A stretch of DNA of 59,430 nt, taken from the NCBI GenBank assembly GCA_964516485.1, contig CAZEYY010000002.1, positions 3,047 through 62,476 of the forward strand, given 5' to 3'. This stretch comes from an uncultured Rikenellaceae bacterium (GTDB lineage: Bacteria; Bacteroidota; Bacteroidia; Bacteroidales; VadinHA17). Shown here one piece after another: positions 43,320 through 51,634 of this stretch. Made by a program: the position numbers and the translations under genes. The stretch's first letter is position 1; each line of letters opens with the position of its first letter. The notes under the pieces are model-generated. The model ran no database searches, was not told where the DNA came from, and worked only from the letters and a program-made list of their open reading frames with translations.

Positions 43320-45014
43320 TTATTTAACGTCAATGTTTGTCCTGATAATTCCGGTATTTACGGCTCCTGCGGTTATGGCAAGTGTACCTTTCCCTGAAAC
43401 AAGCCAGCTGAACTCTGCCGCAGCACCTCCGTCAAGCCGCTGCATCCTCTGAATCTTCTGACCGCTTATTATTGTCTGACCTTTACCCGGCTCGGCAGTA
43501 ATTTTCATCAGTCTTGTCCACTGGTTTGTGAGTCCGGTTTCAGCCATGGTGGCAAAAACACCTTTGTTATGCACTTTTAATGTCACCCTGAATATGTTTT
43601 CTCCGGCATTTTCAGTTTTCATGTCAAGGAATTCAAGTTCAGGATGCATGTCTGCAAGCGCTTTAATGAATTTGTAGTTTGCCAGCACGACATCTTTCAG
43701 AGTATCAGCCGGAGGAGTATACATTACAAAGGGTCTGATGCCGCCTACTTCAGCTTTTTTCCCGGGGAAATCAGGATGTTTGATCTCTGTCCATGGAATG
43801 AAAACATCAGGAAGCTGTTTTTTCCCGGCAAAGGCAAGGAAAGATGCTTCGGCACTTTTCCCTTTATCAGCTGCAATCCACCATCCCGGTGTGCTGAAAC
43901 TGTATCTTCCATAATGGAAATATGCCCATTCCATAAAGTTCCCAGGTGCCTGAGATGGCTGAGGGCTGCCTTTGGCGCCTGTGATTTCGTGATACTTGTC
44001 AGATGCAAGCTTGTTTATAACAGCATCTTTTTTTGTAATACTTGTCAGTCTTCTGTCAGCAGGCTCCCTTGAGAATCCGCGTCCTGAGCCTCCCATGAAT
44101 CCCCTTCCGGCTTCAAATGGATCGGCCAGAACAGGATCATTTTGCCTCTCTGATTCTTTCATGGGCTGGCCAAGGTTATCCTGAGGGCCAAATGCAATTG
44201 TCATGTAGATATTGAAATGATCGAAGAGGAAATCGGCAACAGCCTTTGTCTCAGGCTCCGACATAGCATGATATCCTGTATTAAGACCATATTCCTCGAA
44301 GTTATATGTAAAATTCCTGTTCGCATTTACACCACCAGGACCATCCTCATTAAATTTTCCATCCTTGTCATTGTCAATACCTTCTGAAAAAACAAGGTAA
44401 GCTCCCGTCTGACCCTTTGAGATATCAGCAACTGTCATAATGCGTTTATCATCAGAGCTTTCTATGTAGGTTCCTGTCGGATCCAGTATGCGAATAAGGG
44501 TTATAAGTCCATCATTATTAAGGTCTTCGTAAGGATCTTCATCAGTCTGAAAATCCCTGTCATCGTCGGTGCTGCCTGAATTCACCTTTCTTTCATATTT
44601 CAGCTGAGCAAAATATTGTTCGGCAGCATCGGGTGCAATATCAGGGAAAACATAGAAAGTGAGGTTTTCAAGAAGGTTTTTCACATCTGCTGATTCAGAA
44701 TCCGTGAGTATGTTTTCTGCAAAGCCCAGAGCCATTTCCCTTCCTGCAATATAGTTTCCTTCAACAGTTCCGAATACAGCGACTCCTGGTTTTTGCTCCT
44801 TGTCGCCTGTTCCGATTGTAAGTACCCAGATATCCTTGCCGTCATGAGTTTTGGCAAGAGATTTATACGTGCATAGCGACTGATACCTGGATGCAAGGCT
44901 TTGGATATCTGCCGACAAGGTTTTAAAATCACGGTATTTCAGCTGTGCAGGGAGCTGCATTGCCAGAAGCAGTTCAAGGATTGCCAGGCACAGCAATTTT
45001 GTTACTATTTTCAT
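43320..45014 (-). CDS. M14-like paralog lacking all catalytic and zinc-binding residues (predicted pseudopeptidase)
   Basis: It is collinear with the downstream M14 gene (GKDIWVLTIG, REMAL, DDDRDFQTDEDPYEDLNNDG, GIDNDKDGKFNEDGPGG). However HxxE has become EGNY, NPDGR has become APDAA, the FH motif has become FG, and NELW has become TPGW. Confidence 0.75.
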   Translation of the reverse strand: MKIVTKLLCLAILELLLAMQLPAQLKYRDFKTLSADIQSLASRYQSLCTYKSLAKTHDGKDIWVLTIGTGDKEQKPGVAVFGTVEGNYIAGREMALGFAENILTDSESADVKNLLENLTFYVFPDIAPDAAEQYFAQLKYERKVNSGSTDDDRDFQTDEDPYEDLNNDGLITLIRILDPTGTYIESSDDKRIMTVADISKGQTGAYLVFSEGIDNDKDGKFNEDGPGGVNANRNFTYNFEEYGLNTGYHAMSEPETKAVADFLFDHFNIYMTIAFGPQDNLGQPMKESERQNDPVLADPFEAGRGFMGGSGRGFSREPADRRLTSITKKDAVINKLASDKYHEITGAKGSPQPSQAPGNFMEWAYFHYGRYSFSTPGWWIAADKGKSAEASFLAFAGKKQLPDVFIPWTEIKHPDFPGKKAEVGGIRPFVMYTPPADTLKDVVLANYKFIKALADMHPELEFLDMKTENAGENIFRVTLKVHNKGVFATMAETGLTNQWTRLMKITAEPGKGQTIISGQKIQRMQRLDGGAAAEFSWLVSGKGTLAITAGAVNTGIIRTNIDVK

Positions 45015-45047
45015 ATTTTTTTATATGTTTGAGGGGTTAGTCAGTTG

Positions 45048-45545
45048 TTATACAGTGTTTTTACCCGGTCTTTCAATTCTTCCGGCAGGAGGTCTGAAAC
45101 GGCAATTATTGAAAAAGGGATCCCAGTTTTTATTCTTGTAAAATTCATTTGTCTTCTGGTTGAAATATCCAAGGATATGCTTTGGAGAAACCGTATAAAC
45201 AAGCTCATCATTATCACTTGTTATCGGGTCATTTATAGTCATGACATCTTCAATCTGTATCTCGTATTCATTTGATACAGCGCTGTATATCTCATATATC
45301 AGTTTCGGGATTGCAATGATCATTGTATAGGTTCCATAATCCTTTCTCTGGATCAGGAAGTATGTTATTTCAATAGGCTCATTGGGATTTACCCTGTCGG
45401 TGGAGTGCGACAGCTGGCTTTCGAACACGAAGCCCTCAGTCATGATTTTTTCGACAGTATTGAACTCCTTGGTGTTATGAAGAAAGAAGTAGCACTCTTT
45501 AAAATCCAGTAAAACAGAAGCAAGTAGTTCACCTTTATTCTTCAT
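45048..45545 (-). CDS. Hypothetical cytoplasmic protein (165 aa), first gene of the M14 operon
   Basis: The ORF has no signal peptide or TM helix and ends 33 nt upstream of the pseudo-M14 gene. By eye its sequence is more AT-rich than its neighbours. Confidence 0.5.
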   Translation of the reverse strand: MKNKGELLASVLLDFKECYFFLHNTKEFNTVEKIMTEGFVFESQLSHSTDRVNPNEPIEITYFLIQRKDYGTYTMIIAIPKLIYEIYSAVSNEYEIQIEDVMTINDPITSDNDELVYTVSPKHILGYFNQKTNEFYKNKNWDPFFNNCRFRPPAGRIERPGKNTV

Positions 45546-45633
45546 CAGCCGGTGGAAGGAGTTACTAAATTCATATCAAAAATAGCTTATATTATTTTAT
45601 TTGCAACACTAAACTTAATGTTATCTTATCTGT

Positions 45634-45641
45634 TAAATTTG
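45634..45641 (+). promoter_or_regulatory. Candidate -7 box (TAaaTTTG) for znuA
   Basis: It lies 25 nt upstream of the ATG at 45666. Confidence 0.35.
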
Positions 45642-45665
45642 TAGCTTCAATGATATCTTATCCTG

Positions 45666-46541
45666 ATGGTCAGAAAACTTTTTATTCTTTTTACTGTTCT
45701 GTCACTTGTTTCGTGCGGAAATCAAAAGAGGGCAGATGAAAAGCCTGTAATTACTGTAAGCATACCTCCTTTCAAATATTTCATTGATAAGATAGCCGGA
45801 GATGCATTTGAAGTGAATATTATGGTTCCAGCTGGTGCAAATCCTCATATTTACGAACCATATCCCGAGCAGATTACGAAACTTCAGAAGTCGGTGGCTT
45901 ATGTTTCAAATGGTTACCTGGGTTTTGAAATGACGTGGCTTGACCGTTTTTATGAAGTGAACAGGAATATGAAGAAACTGTCGCTTGGTGAGAAAATAGA
46001 ACCGCTTGAATCGGAACATCATCATGAAGAAGGGCACACTGAAAGTGCTGATCCGCATTACTGGGTTTCACCTTCCTGCGCCGGGATAATGGCCAGTTCG
46101 CTGAAAGATTTTCTCACTGAGCTGAGGCCGGACTTGAAGGAGCAATTTGAGAAGAACTACCTGACTCTTGATTCGATTATTAAATCTGTCGGTAATACTG
46201 CTGAAAATTATTTTGCCGGTGCCGGCCCGAAAGCCATAATGATTTATCATCCAAACCTTGGGTACCTTGCAAGAGATTACGGGCTGGAAGAGATTTCAGT
46301 TGAATACGAGGGTAAGGAACCTCCTCCGTCAAGAATGAAATATCTTATTGACAGGTCAAGGAAGGACAACATAAGAACTATTTTCGTTCAGAAGGAGTAT
46401 GATACAAGGAATGCACAGGCAATAGCTTCCGAAACTGGAGCAGTAATAAGGATTATTGATCCGCTTTCGGAGGACTGGGAGCATTCCGTAACTGATATTA
46501 TCAATGCTGTTCATCAAAGCCTTGTTTCAGGCGAAAATTAA
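45666..46541 (+). CDS. znuA: Zinc ABC transporter substrate-binding lipoprotein (ZnuA/TroA cluster 9)
   Basis: It has a lipobox (LSLVSC), the block NPHIYEP, and the His/acidic loop ESEHHHEEGHTESADPHYW typical of ZnuA. Confidence 0.85.
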   Translation: MVRKLFILFTVLSLVSCGNQKRADEKPVITVSIPPFKYFIDKIAGDAFEVNIMVPAGANPHIYEPYPEQITKLQKSVAYVSNGYLGFEMTWLDRFYEVNRNMKKLSLGEKIEPLESEHHHEEGHTESADPHYWVSPSCAGIMASSLKDFLTELRPDLKEQFEKNYLTLDSIIKSVGNTAENYFAGAGPKAIMIYHPNLGYLARDYGLEEISVEYEGKEPPPSRMKYLIDRSRKDNIRTIFVQKEYDTRNAQAIASETGAVIRIIDPLSEDWEHSVTDIINAVHQSLVSGEN

Positions 46542-46549
46542 TTTAAGGA

Positions 46550-47296
46550 ATGGCACGACTGTTTGAAATGAATTCTGTTTCAGCTTCTTATGGAGGCAAT
46601 CCTGTGCTTGAGGATGTAAGTTTTTATGTGCAGGAAAATGACTTCATTGGTGTAATTGGTCCCAACGGAGGAGGAAAAACAACACTGCTCAGGGTTATCC
46701 TGGGATTGCTTAAGCCATCTGCCGGCACAATCTCATTCAATGATGAACTGCTGAAACCAAACAGCATAGGGTATCTTCCTCAGATATCGACCGGTGACCT
46801 TAACTATCCGGTTACTGTTAAGGACATTGTTCTCTCAGGGCTGATGATAAGGAAGGGCATAGTATCAAGAATGTCACATGAGGACAAAATGAAAGCATCG
46901 GCTGTTATTGAGGAATTGGGCTTAAGCGACTTTTCCGGGGCATCGCTGAATGAACTTTCCGGAGGACAGCTGCAAAGGGTTTTTCTTGGCAGGGCGTTAA
47001 TAGGAAATCCCCGCCTGCTTCTACTTGATGAGCCGGGTAATTTTGTTGATTCATCCTTTGAAAACGATTTCTACGAGAAACTTAAAGAGCTCAATACAAG
47101 GATAGCAATTCTGATGGTTTCACATGATGTGGGGACTATCTCGCAGCATATCAAATCGTATGCCTGTGTAAACAAAAAGCTGCATTATCACCCTTCGCAT
47201 GAAATAACAAACGATGACCTGATGTCTTATGGTTGTCCCATACAGCTGATAACTCACGGCGAAGTGCCTCACACAGTATTAAAAACTCACCGCTAG
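46550..47296 (+). CDS. znuC: Metal (zinc) ABC transporter ATP-binding protein
   Basis: It has Walker A GPNGGGKTT, the signature LSGGQLQR and Walker B LLLLDEP. Confidence 0.85.
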   Translation: MARLFEMNSVSASYGGNPVLEDVSFYVQENDFIGVIGPNGGGKTTLLRVILGLLKPSAGTISFNDELLKPNSIGYLPQISTGDLNYPVTVKDIVLSGLMIRKGIVSRMSHEDKMKASAVIEELGLSDFSGASLNELSGGQLQRVFLGRALIGNPRLLLLDEPGNFVDSSFENDFYEKLKELNTRIAILMVSHDVGTISQHIKSYACVNKKLHYHPSHEITNDDLMSYGCPIQLITHGEVPHTVLKTHR

Positions 47297-48117
47297 TGGA
47301 ACAAAGTATATTTCAATATGATTTTGTAATAAAGGGGCTGTTGGGGGCGCTCTTTGCAAGCATTACTGCAGGTCTTGCAGGCACGTATATAGTTTCAAGA
47401 CGCCTTGTTTTCCTGAGCGGAGGAATAACACATGCATCATTCGGAGGAATAGGCATAGGTTATTTCGCAGGAATAAATCCTGTTATAGGAGCTGCTGTTT
47501 TTGGTATACTGTCGGCACTCGGGGTTGAGTATCTGTCAGTCCGGCAGAGGATAAGGGAGGATTCTGCTATTGGTATCCTGTGGGCTTTCGGAATGGCTAT
47601 CGGGATTATATTTATTTACCTGACACCGGGTTACAGTCCAAACCTTATGAGCTACCTGTTCGGAAGCATACTTACTGTTACAAATGCAGATATTATTGCA
47701 CTCGGGATCCTTTCGATAGTGCTGATTCTGTATTTTTCAATATTCTACAGGACAATACTTTACATCTCCTTTGATGAATCGTATGCCCGCACTTACTCAT
47801 CTTATGTGGATGTAATCAAGTACACCACAATATCGCTTATGGCGCTTACAATAGTATTGAATATCCGTATGGCGGGTGTAGTGCTTGTCCTGTCGCTGCT
47901 TACTATTCCTCCCAACATCGCAATGATCTTCACAAGAGTATATTTCAGGATTGTACTTTGGTCAATAGTTGCAGGCTTCATTGGCACCGCCGCAGGTTAT
48001 ACAATATCATTCTTTGCAGGTATCCCCGTGGGTGCTACTATAATTTTTACCCTTGTAATCCTCTGGGTGATTGCAAAACTTATCAGACAATTAACAACTA
48101 AACGTAATAAATCATAA
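47296..48117 (+). CDS. znuB: Metal (zinc) ABC transporter permease
   Basis: It is a polytopic ABC-3 type permease. The GTG start at 47296 shares its G with the znuC TAG stop, and the track's upstream extension overlaps znuC by 64 nt. Confidence 0.8.
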   Translation: MEQSIFQYDFVIKGLLGALFASITAGLAGTYIVSRRLVFLSGGITHASFGGIGIGYFAGINPVIGAAVFGILSALGVEYLSVRQRIREDSAIGILWAFGMAIGIIFIYLTPGYSPNLMSYLFGSILTVTNADIIALGILSIVLILYFSIFYRTILYISFDESYARTYSSYVDVIKYTTISLMALTIVLNIRMAGVVLVLSLLTIPPNIAMIFTRVYFRIVLWSIVAGFIGTAAGYTISFFAGIPVGATIIFTLVILWVIAKLIRQLTTKRNKS

Positions 48118-48121
48118 AACA

Positions 48122-49513
48122 ATGGATTTTGATCTTATAATAGTAGGAAGCGGACCTGGCGGTTATGTTGCTGCAATAAGGGCATCTCAGCTAAAAATGA
48201 AAGTGGCAGTTGTTGAAAAAGCCGAACTCGGAGGTATTTGCCTCAACTGGGGCTGTATACCAACAAAATCACTTCTTAAAAGTGCACAGGTATTTGAATA
48301 CATGACTCATGCTTCCGAGTATGGAATTACAATTAACGGAGATGTTAAGCCTGATTTCAGTGCGATTATTTCAAGGAGCCGGAGCGTGGCTGAAGGTATG
48401 AGCAAGGGAATCCAGTTCCTTTTCAGGAAAAACAATATTACCCACATAAAGGGATACGGACGACTTGTATCGGCAGGATCGGTGGAAGTTGAGGAAGAAG
48501 CTGGTGCAAAAAAAACCTATACAGCCAAAAATATAATTATTGCTACCGGTGCCAGGTCAAAAGAACTTCCGAACCTGAAGCAGGACGGGAAGAAGATTAT
48601 TGGTTACCGTGAGGCAATGACACTTAAGGAACAACCTGCAACAATAGTTGTTGTCGGATCAGGAGCTATAGGCAGCGAGTTTGCTAACTTCTATCAGACA
48701 ATAGGCAGTCAGGTTACCCTGGTCGAGTTTCTTCCCAGGATAGTTCCGAATGAAGATGAAGAAGTCTCGAAACAGCTTGAACGATCATTTAAAAAGATGA
48801 AGATGAAAGTGATGACTGATTCATCTGTTGAGTCTGTTGATACAAAGGGTGAAAAATGCAAAGTGTTTATTAAAACACCGAAAGGACAGGAAGTTATTGA
48901 AGCTGATGTTGTTCTTTCCGCTGTAGGGGTAACGACTAATATCGATAATATTGGGCTTGAAAAAGCGGGTGTGAAGACAGAAAAATCAAAGGTTGTTGTT
49001 GACGATTATTATGCCACTAATATTAAGGGAGTTTTTGCAATAGGTGATATTGTTCACGGACCAGCACTGGCGCATGTAGCTTCAGCTGAAGGAATTATAT
49101 GTGTTGAAAAAATAGCAGGACTGAATCCTGAGCCACTTGATTATGGCAACATACCGGGTTGTACATATACAAGTCCGGAAATTGCTTCGGTAGGATTAAC
49201 AGAAGCTGCAGCCAGGGAAAAAGGTTATAAAGTGAAGGTTGGCAAATTCCCCTATACAGCATCAGGTAAGGCAAGCGCATCAGGAAGCAAGGATGGATTT
49301 ATCAAGCTTGTATTTGATGCTGAATATGGAGAACTGCTTGGCGCTCACATGATTGGAGCAAATGTTACCGAGATGATTGCAGAACTTGTGCTGGCACGTA
49401 AGCTTGAAACCACTGCACATGAAATAATTAAGGCTGTTCATCCGCATCCGACAATGTCGGAGGCTATAATGGAGGCTGCAGCTGCAGCCTATGATGAGGT
49501 AATTCATCTCTGA
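48122..49513 (+). CDS. lpdA: Dihydrolipoyl dehydrogenase
   Basis: It has the FAD motif GSGPGGY, the redox disulfide GGICLNWGCIPTK, the NAD motif GSGAIGSE, and the C-terminal HPHPTMSE. Confidence 0.9.
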   Translation: MDFDLIIVGSGPGGYVAAIRASQLKMKVAVVEKAELGGICLNWGCIPTKSLLKSAQVFEYMTHASEYGITINGDVKPDFSAIISRSRSVAEGMSKGIQFLFRKNNITHIKGYGRLVSAGSVEVEEEAGAKKTYTAKNIIIATGARSKELPNLKQDGKKIIGYREAMTLKEQPATIVVVGSGAIGSEFANFYQTIGSQVTLVEFLPRIVPNEDEEVSKQLERSFKKMKMKVMTDSSVESVDTKGEKCKVFIKTPKGQEVIEADVVLSAVGVTTNIDNIGLEKAGVKTEKSKVVVDDYYATNIKGVFAIGDIVHGPALAHVASAEGIICVEKIAGLNPEPLDYGNIPGCTYTSPEIASVGLTEAAAREKGYKVKVGKFPYTASGKASASGSKDGFIKLVFDAEYGELLGAHMIGANVTEMIAELVLARKLETTAHEIIKAVHPHPTMSEAIMEAAAAAYDEVIHL

Positions 49514-49615
49514 AAAGTGACGCAACCTTTTTATTGTTAAAATCATCAATCTTTTAGGAAATTCTGGTTTTTGAGATAATTATTTTATAATTTTATCTGT
49601 TCAAAGTCAGACACA

Positions 49616-50176
49616 TTGGCTGGAATAGAAGAAATTATAAAAGGTTGTCTTAAGGGAAGCAGGAGGGATCAGGAACTCCTGTACAGGAAGCATTCTGCAA
49701 GGTTATATGCAGTGTGTCTCCAGTATTCCGGCAATGATGATGAGGCAAAGGATATATTGCAGGAAGGTTTTATTAAGATTTTTGAAAACCTGCATAGTTA
49801 CAAGTTTGAAGGTTCTTTTGAAGGCTGGATGAGAAGAATAGTTGTAAACACCGCTCTGGAAAAATACCGCAGCAGAAATAACCTTTATAAAGTTGAGGAT
49901 ATTGATCAGATAGCTGAAACAGAAGCAGAACCGGACGGTGAATATTACACAGGATTAGAGGCAGCAGACCTGCTTGAAATAATCAGGGAACTGCCGCCAA
50001 AATACAGGATGGTTTTTAACCTGTATGCCCTGGAAGGTTTTTCTCATAAGGAAATTTCCAAAATGGTAAATATATCTGAGGGAACTTCCAAGTCAAACCT
50101 CTCAAGAGCCAGATTGATTTTACAGAGACGTGTGGGTTCATATACAGGTATAAGGAAGAAAGTTGCAAATGGCTGA
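49616..50176 (+). CDS. ECF-type RNA polymerase sigma factor
   Basis: Region 2 reads EAKDILQEGFIKIF...FEGWMRRIVVNTALEKYR. Region 4 reads FSHKEISKMVNISEGTSKSNLSRAR. The apparent start codon is TTG. Confidence 0.85.
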   Translation: MAGIEEIIKGCLKGSRRDQELLYRKHSARLYAVCLQYSGNDDEAKDILQEGFIKIFENLHSYKFEGSFEGWMRRIVVNTALEKYRSRNNLYKVEDIDQIAETEAEPDGEYYTGLEAADLLEIIRELPPKYRMVFNLYALEGFSHKEISKMVNISEGTSKSNLSRARLILQRRVGSYTGIRKKVANG

Positions 50177-51479
50177 TCAAATAGGAAATATTGATCTGAT
50201 TTTCAGGAACGGACTCAGGGATTATGAGGTTCTTCCGCCTGCTGATGCCTGGGAGGGGATAAAACCTTCAATCAGTACTGGTACCAGGTTCCTTCCGTTT
50301 ATGAAGGTGGCCGCTGCTGCCGTTCTTATGGCTGTAACCAGTTATGCTGCTTACAGATGGGGCAGTGAAGTGACAAAGAACCAGTTCTCAGATACCATTG
50401 CTTTATATCAGCAGGATGGTTATATGCTTGTTAATGAGCCGTTTGATGTGGTGAAGCCACCTGCTATTTCAGAACTACCTCCGGAAAATAAGGCTGAATC
50501 TGTACCTGATCAGGTCATTATGCGTGAGGCTGCAATACCTGAAATTGACGCCAATGAAGCAGGCAAGAATGTAACTGAGTTTATTACTGCTGATTATAAT
50601 CTGTTACCGGGGATTCAGGATCCATTCATTATCAAGTATCCAAAGGTTGCAATTCCTTCATTTCAGCCCTTGGTATATGACATAATTCAGGCCAGTTCCC
50701 AAACTGTGGATAACGAAAGATGGTCGGTATCTGCTCTTGCATCTCCAACCTTCTATTCCCAGTTCACTTCTTCAGGCAACCAGTTTGCCAGGGATATTAT
50801 CAGCTCCGATAAATCGAAGGTTTCCTATTCCGGCGGTCTTGGACTTGCTTATAAGATTTCAGGAAGGTTTACAATACAGTCAGGTATCTTCTATTCATCA
50901 ATGGGTCAGAAACTTGAAGATGTGAATGCTTACAGCGGTTTCCAGCCCTATGCCAGCGCAAAAAGCGATCATAATTTCGAGATCGTTACTGCAAGCGGAA
51001 CCGTATATGCAAATAACTCCGACCTTTACCTTAATTCATCCACTCTGCCCGGGAGGGTGCAGACAGATTATACAAGCGATGTTTTCGATCCTGTTAAGGC
51101 TGATCTTAATTATATCAGCAGTAATGTCTATCAGGACATGAGTTTTCTGGAACTGCCTGTCATTATGCGATATAAGGTTATTGACAGGAAAATAGGGCTG
51201 AACCTGATAGGGGGTATGTCGTATAATTTCCTTGTGAATAATTCAGTCTATGCAATGGCCTCAGGCAATAAATACGATATAGGTACAACACAGGGCCTGA
51301 ATACGGTTTACCTGAGCAGTTCACTTGGAATGGGTATGGAGTATAATCTCTCGAAGACCTTTTCTTTAAATGTGGAACCTACCTTAAGGTATTATCTTAA
51401 CCCTGTAAACTCGGGAGGTACTTCAGTATTTCACCCATACTCACTTGGAATCTTTTCAGGACTTTCCTACAGGTTCTGA
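50169..51479 (+). CDS. Anti-sigma-like N-terminus + single TM helix + C-terminal outer-membrane beta-barrel domain
   Basis: The ATG overlaps the sigma stop codon by 8 nt. The TM helix is FLPFMKVAAAAVLMAVTSYAAY. The C-terminal ~250 aa show amphipathic beta periodicity (GGLGLAYKISGRFTIQSGIFY) and the protein ends in GLSYRF. Confidence 0.55.
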   Translation: MADQIGNIDLIFRNGLRDYEVLPPADAWEGIKPSISTGTRFLPFMKVAAAAVLMAVTSYAAYRWGSEVTKNQFSDTIALYQQDGYMLVNEPFDVVKPPAISELPPENKAESVPDQVIMREAAIPEIDANEAGKNVTEFITADYNLLPGIQDPFIIKYPKVAIPSFQPLVYDIIQASSQTVDNERWSVSALASPTFYSQFTSSGNQFARDIISSDKSKVSYSGGLGLAYKISGRFTIQSGIFYSSMGQKLEDVNAYSGFQPYASAKSDHNFEIVTASGTVYANNSDLYLNSSTLPGRVQTDYTSDVFDPVKADLNYISSNVYQDMSFLELPVIMRYKVIDRKIGLNLIGGMSYNFLVNNSVYAMASGNKYDIGTTQGLNTVYLSSSLGMGMEYNLSKTFSLNVEPTLRYYLNPVNSGGTSVFHPYSLGIFSGLSYRF

Positions 51480-51596
51480 TCCTCATTCCGGCTCTTCATT
51501 TACTTCTGCGATCATTTAATTGTTCATTTCCTGCATTCATTAGTGATATTCATTCATTTTTAGAATGTGATACCTGGCAGACGATTTTTTTATTGC

Positions 51597-51604
51597 TACC
51601 TTTG
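51597..51604 (+). promoter_or_regulatory. Candidate -7 box (TAccTTTG) for the lytic transglycosylase gene
   Basis: It lies 31 nt upstream of the ATG at 51635 and inside the track's N-terminal extension. Confidence 0.35.
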
Positions 51605-51634
51605 CAGATTATTTCATTTAGCGGCTTAAGGAAG

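Noticed and set aside
43644-44072. Antisense ORFs of 120-145 aa within real genes. Others are at 39679-40083, 35081-35470, 15505-15870, 25319-25678 and 4731-5168.
   Set aside because: All are antisense to genes with strong family motifs, and none has a recognisable domain or an upstream promoter box.
45048-45545. A toxin-antitoxin or defence-island interpretation of the orphan 165-aa gene.
   Set aside because: There is no adjacent small partner gene, macrodomain, nuclease, ATPase or mobile-element hallmark. Only the weak H-Y-E motif resemblance remains, and that is reported as a low-confidence finding instead.
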